Of a DNA stretch of 64,000 nucleotides, positions 25,501-37,153 are shown piece after piece. Both the position numbers and the translations under genes were made by a program. The notes beneath the pieces were generated by a model that had not been told where the DNA came from, made no database searches, and saw only the letters and a list, made by a program, of their open reading frames with translations. The stretch spans positions 7,008,001 through 7,072,000 of the forward strand of contig NC_045697.1 in assembly GCF_009834535.1 (NCBI RefSeq). Direction: 5' to 3'. Source of the stretch: Camelus ferus. Taxonomy: Eukaryota. Position 1 is the first letter of the stretch, and each line of letters opens with the position of its first letter.

Positions 25501-27387
25501 ATATTCCATTTGCCCTTCCCAGTGACTTTCCCTTATTTTCCATCAGGCTCTTTGCCCCGTGAGGCTGACAGTGGTTCAGTGGGCCCTCTGTCTTCCAGTT
25601 GTTTTTCTCCAGTAGAAAGCTCCAGAATATCAGACAGTGGAAGGAGAGTAAAAGCAGGGTGGGCATGGCCTGCATGGCCTGCACGGGTGGACTGTATCCC
25701 TCTTCCAAAGGCCACAGCCCCTGCTGGAGGCCCTGTCCTCAGCCAACCTCTCCATCACTGCTTGTGGCCCCTCTGTCTTCCTCTTGCCCTTTCAGGCCTA
25801 GGATGTTAGCACGACCAACTCCTTTTCCTTTGTGTCTTTTCCTGAACCCCGCACCTTTGTTCTTTTATTAAAAATATGCCGTTTAATTTGTCTGTTTCAC
25901 ATATGCCAACTCTCTATTGCCAGGCCCCCTGGTGTTCCCACGAGGAACTGGAAAATTCAACAGACACTCGGAGGAGTGGGGCGTTAGAGTGAGGGGGAAG
26001 CCTGGAGTTCAAGGTTTGAGGCTCATTTGTTTCTAAACGGTGCTGCGGGTCATGGCACTGGGTTAGCTCATCCCGGGAAAATTTCCCCTGAATCCTCGTG
26101 AGCCGCTTTTAACAGAGCTCAGTGCTTGTGATCTGACCAGGCGGCGAGTACACGGGCTCCCTCCCTCTCCTGTCTTCCTCTAGCAAAGGCAGTGACGAGC
26201 TATTAGCAGCGTTCCCCTTCCAAACTGCCATTTCAAGTCGGGTTTTACCAAAGTCATTATCTCTTTAATTTGCTCCCCAGGGTGCTAGCTCACAAACAAG
26301 TAGCACCGGCAAGCGGGATAGAGCCATGCCTCTGTCTACCTTCCACTTTAAAATGTGTTTTTTCTCCTCGAGGGCAATGGGCAAATTGCTGACAGATACT
26401 CCGCCTGGGATGAAGCGTGTGCATCAGATCCATCAAGGATTCCGTTAAAGCTCCACGGGCAGGGTCGGTTACCCAGCAAAGCACAAAGATGGGTTTGGTT
26501 TCAACAGACCAAGTGTTCACATTCAGGTGTGAGCTGGCAGGCAGGCGATTAATGCTTTTACACAGAGGCATTTGGGGTATCAATAACACACAGAACATAA
26601 GAGGCCACCAGAAATCCTCTGTGTTCCTTCCATTGAAAAGAGAAGAGCTGAGAGTTGATTTCCAAAGGGTGAGAGAAGCTTCTGGGGGCTCTGGATTAAT
26701 TACATGTGATCTGTCTCCCTAATTACTGCAGGAAGTGGTAGCCGCTATTATTTAATTGGAGCTGTCGTTACTTAATTTATTTTATATTCTGAAAAGCAAT
26801 TAATGGAGCTAGGAGAGATACGCTTGAGCTATTAAAAGCTGTCTCCAGGCTTCCCAGAATCCAGTCCTCTAGTTTTCAAGGCATCATTTATACCCTGTCT
26901 CCTCCAGGATGGATGCCTGGGTTCTTGTAGCAGATGCTAACAGCTCCCTCTTCCCTGAGTTTCTGTAGAACTTCTCCTTAGAACCGTAGTGTCTCATCCA
27001 GAATTTTCAGCCTTTTGCATGCCCCCTCTTCTTGGGATTGCAGGATTCTCTAGATCCACAGTTTAACACCAGGAGTGTAGATGTTTTCTACTTTGGAAAA
27101 ATCTAAATTTTGTATTTCAAAGATTACCTCTGAATGCATCTTTCTTCTCTGACAGCTGTAGAAAACCCTCTATTATGGTTTGTATGATGTCCAAATTAAC
27201 TCCTCTTTTGAGACTTAGCAAATCCAGAATTTTGAAAGGTCAGAAACTGGCAGAAATCGTGGAGGTTTGCTAGTTCGAGTCCCTCACTCCCCTGATGAGA
27301 AAAGAGAAACAAAGGATAGAAAGTGAAAACGGACCAGTCCGGAGTTTCTGAGCTTAGCAGCAGAGCCTGGATTCCAAAGTTTAGATT

Positions 27388-27550
27388 AGTGCCTCTCAAA
27401 CTTTAATATGCATGTAGCTCTCAGAGGGATCTTGTTAAAAAGTCGGATTCTGATCCAGTGGGTTCTGGCGAGGCCTGAGATTCTGCATTTATAACAAGCT
27501 CCCAGGCGATACTGACACTGCAGGCCCCCAGACCACTCTGAACAGCAAAG
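27388..27550. mobile_element. MER5A (hAT-Charlie MITE)
   Basis: agtgcctctcaaactt..cttgttaaaa..gattctgat..ggcctgagattctgcatttataacaagctcccaggcgat..gaccactctga. Confidence 0.88.
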
Positions 27551-28059
27551 ATTCACAAAAGGTCAGCGCGTGTTTGAATAACACGGCTTCTACGGGGGCA
27601 TCAGCTATGTCAGTTCATCTTCCGTGCTTCTCTCCAGAATCCCTTCTACCATCTTTTGACACTAACACCTGGTTTTCACCAGGTCAGTCTCATTCCCCAC
27701 ACGTAACTGTCAGTCCAGGGCCGTGAAGTCTGTCTGATCCTTCCCCATGTCCGGCTCCTGGTACGGGCTCGTGGTCCAGGTGTGGGCCTGTGGTCCAGGA
27801 ATGGGCTTGTGAACCTGTGATAAGGGCTTGTGATGAGGTATGGACTTGGGAATCCAGAGTGAGCTTGTGCTTCAGGTGTGGGTTTGTGCGTCAAGCTTGG
27901 CCCCTTAGCCCTGTGCCGTATCTGTTCTGTTAATGTGGGCACAGGACTGAAGCCATGCAAATCAGAGACTTTCCAGTGTTTGCTCATATCACTGAGATAT
28001 AGATAATCTCCTTTTACTGGGCTTGCTGAGCAAACCTGGAGACACAGAAGCTGCTTTAT

Positions 28060-28280
28060 TCTTTAACACGGCCTGCCTGCGAGCGAAGCTAGCGGTGCCC
28101 AGGAACAAGGTCTAGAGAGAGAAAACGTCTGCCTCTGGATGACAACGCTGCACACTTGGACCCAGTTGTAAGTGAAGCTGAGTCAATACCTGGGCTCTTC
28201 TATTTCATGAGCCAGTAAAATCCCCAGTTCTGCTTCTGGTTGCTGTCACTTGAACCAGAAGGGTCTTGGTGAGCACAGCT
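28060..28280 (+). mobile_element. Old MaLR LTR fragment (MLT1-like)
   Basis: tatttcatgagccagtaaaatcccc...ctgtcacttgaaccagaagggtcttg. Confidence 0.5.
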
Positions 28281-28894
28281 CCTATCACGGAGCATTAGGA
28301 AAGGATTACTTACAAGAAGGCGGAGAGTTTAGAGAAATGGAAATGGGTTAATAAGCACCCAGAAGTAGCTGGACGCCTACAGCTGAAGATTCACAGGCGC
28401 CCCAGAGTGCCCCACTAATCCCCAGCTCCTTGCACAGGCAGAGGAAGCCCAAGGGCTCTGAGCTCCTTCATCCACTGGGCTCCCTGCCTCTCTATCCTGA
28501 AAGGAGGGGCTCCAGGGAGAGGCTCCCCTACCATGTGTCCTCCTTAGAAGGCCATCACTTTATACTCCTGTGCTTCCTTTAACATTGCAACCCCTTCCCA
28601 AGACGGAACCACATCACAGCAACACTTGAGTTCAGAGCCTGCCCCCGTGTCCTGCCATCTGCGTGACCTGGACAACGGCTTCAGTTCTCGGAGTCTCCCC
28701 TGGCACACCTGCAGGGCGAGGGCAGGAGAGCTGTTTTTGCGGAGCTCCTGAGCGGATTAAGTAGCATGCTATGAGCACAGCCCCCTTCTTTTCCTCTTCT
28801 CATTTCGCAATCCGGCTTTTGTCCTTTCCCTTATTTTTTTCCTTTCTGATATGCCGTTCTGATTGGAAACTTCCTTTGCCTTCTTTGGGGGCCT

Positions 28895-29665
28895 CTTCCA
28901 ACAAATTGGATAACCTAGAAGAAATGAATAAATCCCTAAAAACATACAGCCTCCCAAGACTGAGTCATGAAGAAACTGAAAATTTGAAGAGACCGTAAGG
29001 AATAAGGAGACTGAATCAGTATCAAAAGCCTGCCAACAATGGAAAGCTCAGGGTCAGAGGGCTCCGCTGGTGAATTCCACCAAACACCTAGAGGAGGATT
29101 CAGACCAATGCTTCTTAAACTCATGCAAAACTTGACGAAGAGGGAATACTTCCAAATTCTTTTAATGAGGCCAGCATCACTCTGATACTAAAGCCAGACA
29201 GAGGCATCAAGAAAAGACAACTGCTGGCCAATATCCATGAAGAACCCAGATGCAAAAATCCTCAACAAAATACTAGCAAACCAAATTCAATAGTACATTA
29301 AAAAGATCTTAACTGTGACCAAGTGGAATTTATCCCTGGGATAGAGGGAAGGTTTAACACAGGAAAATCAGGAGGGAGGGTGTAGCTCAGGGGTAGAGCA
29401 CATGCTTAGCATGCACAAGGTTCAATCCCCAGCACCTAAATAAACAAACAAACAAACCTAGTTGCTCATCCTCCAAAAAAAGCCAAAACACACAAGCAAA
29501 CAGAAAAAGATCTATTAATGTGATACACTACATTAAGGGAGTGAAAAATTTAAAAGCATGGTAATCTCAGTAGATGCCGAAAAAACATTTGATGCAATTC
29601 AGCAAACTTTTATGATAAAAACTCTCAGCGAAGTAAATTTAGAAGAAATTTAGATCAACAAAATA
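28895..29665 (+). mobile_element. L1 ORF2 fragment (upstream of/into RT), interrupted by a SINE
   Basis: NKLDNLEEMNKSLKTYSLPRLSHEETENLKRP in ORF 28771..28998; PNSFNEASITLILKP and DAKILNKILANQIQ motifs at ~29150-29290. Confidence 0.93.
29371..29508 (+). mobile_element. tRNA-Ala-derived SINE (camelid Vic-1-like)
   Basis: ggagggtgtagctcaggggtagagcacatgcttagcatgcacaaggttcaatccccag carries A and B boxes, followed by an A-rich tail. Confidence 0.85.
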
Positions 29666-29677
29666 AAAATTTTTATT

Positions 29678-30052
29678 GAAAAAGAAGAAAATCCTGTCAC
29701 TTGTGATAATGTGGAAAACGTGGAACTCAGAAGACACTTCATGCTCAGTGAAATAAGCCAGTTATCAGAAAGGCAAACACTGCATCATTTCACTTACATA
29801 AGGTATCTGAAAAGTCAAACTCATAGAAGAAAAGAATAGGGGGTGGATCTCATGTTTCACACACACACACACACACACACAAACAAAAGGGACGAAAGGG
29901 AGACTTTTGGAGGTGATGGATATATCTGTTACTTCAATATGGTGGTGATGGTTTCCCTGGTGTATGCATATGCACAAACTAAGTTGTGTACATGAAGTAC
30001 GTACATTTTTTTTTTTGTATATAGGTTATACCTCAACAAAGTTGTTAAAAAG
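29678..30052 (+). mobile_element. Older L1 3' end (L1MB/MC-like)
   Basis: atgctcagtgaaataagccag..aaagtcaaactcatagaa..ttttggaggtgatggatatatc..ttatacctcaacaaagttgtt. Confidence 0.8.
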
Positions 30053-30099
30053 AATAATGAAATGCTTCCCTGGCTTGTCTGTTTCATTCTTTTTTTTTC

Positions 30100-30590
30100 C
30101 CAACCCATTTCCACATGGCAGCCAGAGGACTGCTATAAAATATAAATTAGAGCTTGTGGTTCCCCTGCTTGAAGCCCTCCAACGCTTTTCGCTTACATTG
30201 TCGTCAGATCCCAGCATTCCTCCATTCCAGACTCAGTGCTTTCCGTCTACTCCCGGCACACGGAAGCCTTGTTCACGCCGCATACTTCGCAGGCACCCTG
30301 TGAAGTGCTACCCCCCACCCAGAACTCTGCACAAGCATTTGTTTGACGTCATCCAGGTTCTCATGCTGCTACCGCTGTTCCCTTCAGTCTGGGGTCTCTG
30401 ACCACCCTACGTAAACCAGAGCACCCCGTTCTCTGTCGCATCTCTCTTTTGTGCTTTTTTTCTCTCTGATTATATTTGTCATCTCAGAAATCATTGTGTT
30501 TATTTACTAATTTATTTTAATTTTGCCTATTTTCCCCCCTGTAGTGCTTGGCAAATAATAATATTCAATAAATAATGTCTATGAATGGGT
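30100..30590 (+). mobile_element. L2 3' fragment
   Basis: ttccacatggcagccagag...cccctgcttgaagccctccaa...gtgcttggcaaataataatattcaataaa. Confidence 0.65.
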
Positions 30591-31362
30591 GAGCTGGTGT
30601 GTGGCCTTGCTTGAATCGCTTAATTTCCCTGGGTCTCAGCATCTCATTTACAGATTGAAGTCATTCCCTCGTTATGTGTACTCTCTGCCCTGTGGTCTGA
30701 ATTTATGATGTGGGACTGGGATAGAAGAAAACGTGGTCCAAGGATATGACATGGGACTGGTCCTTGAGATACTAAAGATTATTGATGATACAAAACTAAG
30801 AAAAAAGAATTATAATATAGACAGTAACTTTTATTAAGTCCATATTTATAGGCTGTCAGTGAGTTCTGATTATACAGAAGGCAAGCGTCGTTCTGAGCAG
30901 ACGGTGGTCTAGAAGCCCTCTTGAAGACAGGTGCTTTCTATGGGTATGAGCTGGGCCATGAGGGATGAGCCAGATATGAATAAAGATCTCATACAGTGTG
31001 GATTTATTTTAAGACAATCTCATTCATCTCTGGACTCAGGGTGCTGGAGCATGATGTCACAGTGTCTGGCCAGGTGGCATCTGGTGCCTAACTCTGCACA
31101 CGCCAGCTTTGTGACCTTGGATGATCAACTGATCTCCTTGAACCTGTGTCCTCCTCTGCAATTATATAGAATTGGGAGAATTTGATTAAGTTATATTATA
31201 CAAGGCCTCTGAGTGTATGGAACAGTGACTCACTCCTATTGGGCCCTCATGAAATATTAAAGAAAAAAACAAAAGTATTAACATACATAACTGCATGTTT
31301 CATGTTTTATTAGGCCATCATAAAATATTAAAGAAAAAAGTAGTGTGGAAGAACATAGGACT

Positions 31363-31367
<5 letters not shown>

Positions 31368-31421
<54 letters not shown>

Positions 31422-31620
31422 TTTTATTGAAGTATAGTCAGTTTACAATGTTGTGTCAACTTCTGGTGTATAGCATAATGCTTCATTCATACATGAACGT
31501 ACATATATTTGTTTTCATATTCTTTTTCACCATAAGTTACTACATGACATTGAATATAGTTCCCTGTGCTGTACAGTAGGACCTTGTTGTTTATCTATGC
31601 ACCCCAGTGTTCATAGCAGT
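31368..31620 (-). mobile_element. Short 5'-inverted L1 3' end with (TA)n in the tail; TSD ACTAAATT
   Basis: Antisense L1 3' UTR at 31413-31597; sense L1 piece atgcaccccagtgttcatagcagt at ~31597-31620; ACTAAATT at 31360-31367 and 31621-31628; (TA)n at 31368-31412. Confidence 0.85.
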
Positions 31621-32224
31621 ACTAAATTTTCTAATTTACAACCCACCATTAACTTCGGGCCATTCATCTTCTATGAAATTGTATGAGTTAATTCATATTC
31701 CTTGACTGCTCTTCCATGCCAGGCCTGGTGCTGGTTACCGGGTGACCCTGAGGTGCTCACGGTCACGGGAGGAACTATACTCAGTGCATTCTTCCGGCCA
31801 AATTACATCCGTGGACAGAAGTGCAAAAATAGAGGTACTGCTAATGTTTGAAAGTGCTGACAAGCTCTAAGACTTTCAGAAATATCCCAGGTTTGGTAAA
31901 ATCACTATGGCAAATAACATTTACCTCATAAAGATAGTCAAACATTTGTGCCTCTGACGTTTTCTCAAAAAAAGCCCAAATTTGGTGACATGTTATATTC
32001 TAACAAAGAGCCACCAGTCTTCCAAACTTCTCACTTTATTTCTACCAAGAGCAATAGAAGACGCCTTTCTCATCTAGTTCATTTTTCAGAGAAAAAATAT
32101 TCAGTCACTTCATTTAAGTGATTAGCAGGACCAGAAGAGGGTCAATCAAATGAGCTGGGTCCTGCAAGTGTAGGGTTGAATCTTGCCTGCATTTTAAAAG
32201 AAAAATTGTCTTTTGTTCAGAATG

Positions 32225-32372
32225 TGTGTTTGCATTAATTTTGACTTTTTTAACATTTGATTAAATATACTAAAATAACATAAATATATTATTTGTCTTA
32301 TTTCTGAGTCTTTTGGCACTGCTGATTTTCCTCTCAAGATGGGTGTCTTGCTTGTCTCACCTTAGCCCTGGG
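32225..32372 (-). mobile_element. MER91-like hAT-Tip100 element
   Basis: Reverse complement cagggctaaggtgagacaagcaagacacc..ttgagaggaaaat..gccaaaagactcagaaataagacaaataatat matches the recalled MER91 consensus. Confidence 0.6.
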
Positions 32373-32763
32373 GTGAATGAGAATTAAAAAAAGCAAAGCC
32401 GGGTTCCTCGGAGGTGGGAGGTGGTCAGTTGGACCCACATGCTGATACAGCTACCAGCCAGTTATCTACCGAGTAGACGTTGCACCAGGCACACTGCATG
32501 CGATGTTTCATTTAATCCCTACAACATTCCCCAAGGACACAGCACACCTCCATTTGAGAGATGAGGCACACAGTAGACCCTTGAAAACACGTGTTCAGTG
32601 AGTAGTAAGAACGGTAGTGCCTAACTTTTCTTGTTTGTGTCAAGGACTACAGTAAAAGTTTCACGAGCTCATGGCAACTTTAAGATCACAGATGAAGGAA
32701 TGTACCTGTTCACAGAAATAAAATAAAGAAATGGGGAAACTAGGATTTGAACCCAGGTAGGAC

Positions 32764-34022
32764 TGATTACCAGATAAAATATAGAATGTTCGGTTGTAAT
32801 ATGAATTTCAAATAAACACTGATTATTTTTAGTACATGTATGCATACTTAGACTAAAACCATTTTTGTTGTTTATCTGAAAGTCAAATTTAACAGGAGTC
32901 TGCTTTTTTTCTTTTTGTATTTTTAAAAATATTCAACAAGCTTTATTTTTTTTTTTAGAGCAGCTTTAGGTGCACAGCAAAATTGAGGGAATGTACAGAG
33001 AGTTCCTGTACATCCCCTGTCACTACAAAAACACAGCCTCCCCCGGTATCAATGTCCCCCCCCCCCCATAGTGGTGCATTTGTTACAAGTTATGGACCTA
33101 CACTGACCAATCACAATTCTCCAAAGTTCATGGTTTACCTAACAGTTCATTCTCGGGTGTGCATTGTATGGGTCCGGACAAATGTGTGGTGGTTTGTATC
33201 CATTGTTATGCAATCACACCTCGTGTTTTCACTGCCCTAAAAATCCTCTGTGCTCCATCCCCAGCAACCACTGATCTTTTTTACTGTCTCCACAGTTTTG
33301 TCTTTTCCAGAACGTCACATAGTTGGAATCATACTGCGTGTAGGCTTTTCAGATTAGTTTATGCCACTTAGTAATAAGAATTTAAGTTTCCTCCACATCT
33401 TCCATGACGTAATAGCTCATTTCTTTCTAGCACAGAACAACAGTCTGCTGTCTGGACGGAGCACCGTTATTTATCCATTCACCCACTGAAAGACATCTTG
33501 GTGACTTCGAAGTTTCAGCAATCATGAATAAAATTGCTATAAACATCCGCATGCAGGTTTTTGTGTGGATAGATGTTTTCAAATCCTTTCGGTAAATACC
33601 AAGTAGTGAGATTGCTGGATCATATGATAAGAGTATGTTCAGTTTTGTGAGAAACTGCCGAACTGTCTCCCAAAGTAGCGGCACCAGCTCGCATTCCCCT
33701 CAGCGATGAATGAAAGGTACTGTTGCCCCACGTCCTCACCAGCGTCTGATGTTGTCAGTGCTCTGGATTTTGGCCATTCTAACAGGTGTCCAGTGGCATC
33801 TCGTTGTCGTTTTAATTTGCATTTTCCTGATGACCTGTGATGTGGAGCACCTTTTCATATGCTTATTTGTCATTTGTGTGTCTTCTTTGGTGAGGTGTCT
33901 GTACAGGTCTTTGTCCCTTTTTTTTTTTGAACCGGGTTGTTTCTTTTCTTATTGTTGAGTTTGGATAGTCCTTTGTATAGTTTGAGTATCTTGTATTATT
34001 CTTCACTAAATCTGGCAACCTG
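32764..34022. mobile_element. MER53 palindromic hAT MITE split by an L1 insertion (parts ~32764-32910 and ~33988-34022)
   Basis: Left part: ttaccagataaaatatagaatg..gaatttcaaataaac..gttgtttatctgaaagtcaaatttaac. Right end: ctaaatctggcaacc. Confidence 0.75.
32935..33985 (-). mobile_element. L1 (L1MC/L1MB-like) 3' end
   Basis: ORF 33427..33684(-) LWETVRQFLTKLNILLSYDPAISLLGIY..HTKTCMRMFIAILFMIA is the ORF2p C-terminus; 3' end ttttttagagcagctttagg. Confidence 0.92.
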
Positions 34023-35303
34023 AAACCCCAGGTATCTGATGACAATAATGCACATGCTTTGAAGCATTACATTCCCCTGAGATTTACAGAGTCCAACCCC
34101 ATAAGACACAGAGTTGGTAGAAATGCATTTTTGTACTCAAGTCTGCCTGATTCCTCACCTCCCACTGCTAACACTAAACAGATGGCACGGGTCTTCCTTT
34201 GCCAAGACAGGCCTTGCTTGGTGTCTATTTTCTTTTCATAATGGTCCTTCCCCTTTTCACTCTCGTGTCTTACTTCTGCTTGGTGATTATTCACTATGCA
34301 AGAACCAAATTTACATCATAGCGAAACAGTAAGTTTCTCTGCGTCACTGACATTTGAGGTTCCTGGGAAGTAGTTCTAACTGGGGTTTTTAGATAAGAGC
34401 CTTCAACACAGCAGCAGAGTTCCCCGACTTGGCTTCCTTTATTGTCTCCATCCATCACGTGAGAAGATAAGGTGGGTAACGCCCAAGCCTTCCACCTGTG
34501 ATACTGTGACATCTGGCTTCTTGAGTGCGTAGTTGTTTCCAATTCCATCCTTTTCCACCTTCTCCAGGAAGCCTTTTCCAGCCAGTTCCCCAGGCTGATC
34601 CTGCACATCATCCGTGCTCCCCCAGCCCTCCCTCTGCGGTTACAACTGCCTTCCTACACTGTGCTGTAATTCTCTCCTGAAGCTTGTAAGTTCCCTGAGG
34701 GTGATGGCCCTTGCCTGTTTACTGTGATGGCAGCCCAGTGCCCAGCACAAAGAGGTTATCAACAAAGGTCTGCTGAATGAATCAAAGTATAACTACATGG
34801 ATACACGAAGGAGGCTCCCAAGAGGACAAAATGCCTGGGAAAACTGACCAGCACTTAGGACCCTATGGGGTCTCTGCACACCTGGTGCTGATATAAGCCT
34901 CTGATCGAGCAACCTGGAGGAAGCAGCTTGAAGGCACTATTTATCCCTGGGCTGCATCACTGCCTCCACGCAGCCCATCTCCCAAGATCCACAAGGCTTC
35001 CTCCACAAACAACCCCCCTCACACGGAGTTAGAAACAGACCTGGCAACAACAGCCACAAACAAAAGAGCAAACTGGCCCCCACCACTGGCCACGCACTGC
35101 GGCTCCTCTGCGGTCGGTCTCTCAGAGAGAGTGCATCTGTCACCTCTCCTGTCCCAGGACCGTAACAGAGCGTCAGCTGGAAAAGTGAAGTGACATCTTC
35201 TGGGATAAACGGGTCTCTGAGGGGGCTGTGCCATTTGACAATCAGTCCTGCACTCAGTGATCAGAGAGCCCAAATGCCCAGACCCATGTCTAAAACAGTC
35301 CAG

Positions 35304-35395
35304 TGGCGGAGGGTACAGCTCAGTGGCAGAGCATGTGCTTAGCATGCTCGAGGTCCTGGGTTCAGGACCCAGTATCTGCATCATACAATAAATAA

Positions 35396-35432
<37 letters not shown>

Positions 35433-35470
35433 CCTAATTTCCTCCCCGCCAAAAATCTAAAATAAATAAA
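35304..35470 (+). mobile_element. tRNA-Ala-derived SINE (Vic-1-like) with (GATA)n; TSD ~taaaa..agtccag
   Basis: ggagggtacagctcagtggcagagcatgtgcttagcatgctcgaggtcctgggttca; imperfect TSD at 35291-35303 and 35471-35485; (GATA)n at ~35397-35431. Confidence 0.88.
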
Positions 35471-35579
35471 TAAAATGAAGTCCAGAAGCCCCTTCCTTTT
35501 CCCAGCAGCAGCCAACATCTGCTGAGTGTTCTGATATGGAAAGTCCTGTTTACTTCTCCTGAGAGAGAGACACAGAGAG

Positions 35580-35760
35580 AGAGCACTTTTGATAACTAGA
35601 TCTTTCATTTTCATAATAATCATACGAAGTAGGTATGACTATAATAATCCCCATTTTACAGATGAGAAAGTTGAGGCCCAGGGAGGTTCAGGAACTTGTC
35701 CGAGATCATCCAGTTAGTGAGGGGCAGAGCAGGCAGGGACTTGAGCCCAGCCAGGCTGAT
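35580..35760 (-). mobile_element. MIR SINE
   Basis: atccccattttacagatgagaaagttgaggcccagggaggttcaggaacttgtccgagatca. Confidence 0.85.
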
Positions 35761-36371
35761 GAGCGGGCAGAGCCTGCACTGTGCTGCAGGCTTTAAGGAC
35801 TCCCAGGAGCTGTCTCTCAAGTGACGTTCTCAGTGTGGAATTCCCACAGCATCCTGGTGTGTTGCTTCTTATGAGCCCACGTTTTGAGATGGCAACATTG
35901 AGACTCAGTGAAGTGAAAAAAAAAATATTCTGCAAGGCAATGAAACTAGTTTGTGATAGAATCAGAGTGCAGACCCAGAAATGTGTCCCGTCTGACACCA
36001 GAGCCTACGATGTTCTCTCTCTCTCTCCCCACGTGCGTGTCAGTGTGTTTACCAAAGTTGTATAAACACACTAATCAACTCAACAAACTTCTGTCCCTGC
36101 TCCCCTATCTGTGAGCAGAGGTACTTATACTCAGGGATGCTAAATAATCCCTTCAAGTGTAATATTCTCTTCAATTCAATTATAAGCATCTATTCATGGA
36201 GCACCAGTTTCGTGACATCGTGGGAGGAAGTGGCTAGGATGAGTAGGATCCCGGCTTCCAGAAAAGCACCAAGTGTAAACATATATAAGTCGTGTTGTCA
36301 CAGCACGTGGCTCGAGAGAGGTCTAACCTCAGACTCCAGGAGCAAGGTCAGGAGGAAGAGCAACGGCGGAT

Positions 36372-36850
36372 TCACTCACTCCAGCATTTAGCAAGTGCCC
36401 ACTAGGTACGGGGAATAAAATGGCAAACAGTAGTTGCAGACCCTGCCCTCATGAAGCTCACCATCTAGGAGGAGGCAGACAAGGAAACGGGCATGAATTC
36501 ATTGCCAAAAGCACTCGCTCTGTCAGGGTGGAATTCCATGCATAAGCACCATGTGAAGGCTTCCCACCTCAAAAAAAAAAAAAAAAAAAAAAAGTGAAAG
36601 GAGGCCACTGCAGTCCCTGAAGGATGAGTAACCAGGGCAGAGGTGAGAGCGGAGGGCGAGGGACAACCAGCCAGTGTCCCAAGCCATGGGAACAGCACGG
36701 CCCAAGCAGCAGGGAGAAGTGTCGAGAGCCAAGGTCGGACAGATGAGCGGTGCCTAGGTCGGCACCGTGTATGGACTCGTACGAAGCTGCACTAAGGAGC
36801 AGGGCTTTTGTTTTTGTTCTGTGTACAATGAAAGCGATGGCCTGAGAAAT
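36372..36850 (-). mobile_element. L2 3' fragment with internal poly(A)
   Basis: attcactcactccagcatttagcaagtgcccact..ccctgccctcatgaagctcaccatctag. Confidence 0.65.
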
Positions 36851-37011
36851 GCGGGCAAAGGTGATCGCTGACACACATGTAGAGTTATTTAACCCCCAAG
36901 GCCTTAGTTTCCCCATCTGTAAGTATATATATAATGGGACATATCTCCTAGGATTCAAGGAGAGAATCTCAATGACATTTAACGCCGCACCTGCGCACCC
37001 AGTACCCACAG

Positions 37012-37153
37012 TGGGACGGTATAGCTCCGTGGAAGAAGGTGTGTTTAGCACGCACAAGGTCCTGGGTTCAATCCCCGGTACCTCTGTTAAAAAAAAAAAA
37101 AAGCAAAACAATCAATCAATCTAATTACCTACTCCTCTTAAAAAGATAAAAAA
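37012..37153 (+). mobile_element. tRNA-Ala-derived SINE (Vic-1-like) inserted in a MIR; TSD cagtacccacag/cagtagccaaag
   Basis: ggtatagctccgtggaagaaggtgtgtttagcacgcacaaggtcctgggttcaatccccggtacctc; TSD at 37000-37011 and 37154-37165; MIR core at 36885-37000. Confidence 0.88.

Noticed and set aside
27770..27900. Recurrent gggcttgtga-like words as a tandem array
   Set aside because: Only loose 8-10-nt similarity with no fixed period.
35304..35380. tRNA-Ala gene (also at 29371 and 37012)
   Set aside because: Degenerate stems, A-rich tails and TSDs identify these as SINE copies.
36553..36601. Poly(A) run at 36571-36593 as a second body-less retro-insertion
   Set aside because: Flank similarity (gtgaagg/gtgaaagg) is short and imperfect, and slippage within an L2 cannot be excluded.
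36569..37111. 180-aa minus-strand ORF
   Set aside because: It reads through an antisense SINE, MIR, L2 and poly(T); chance frame.
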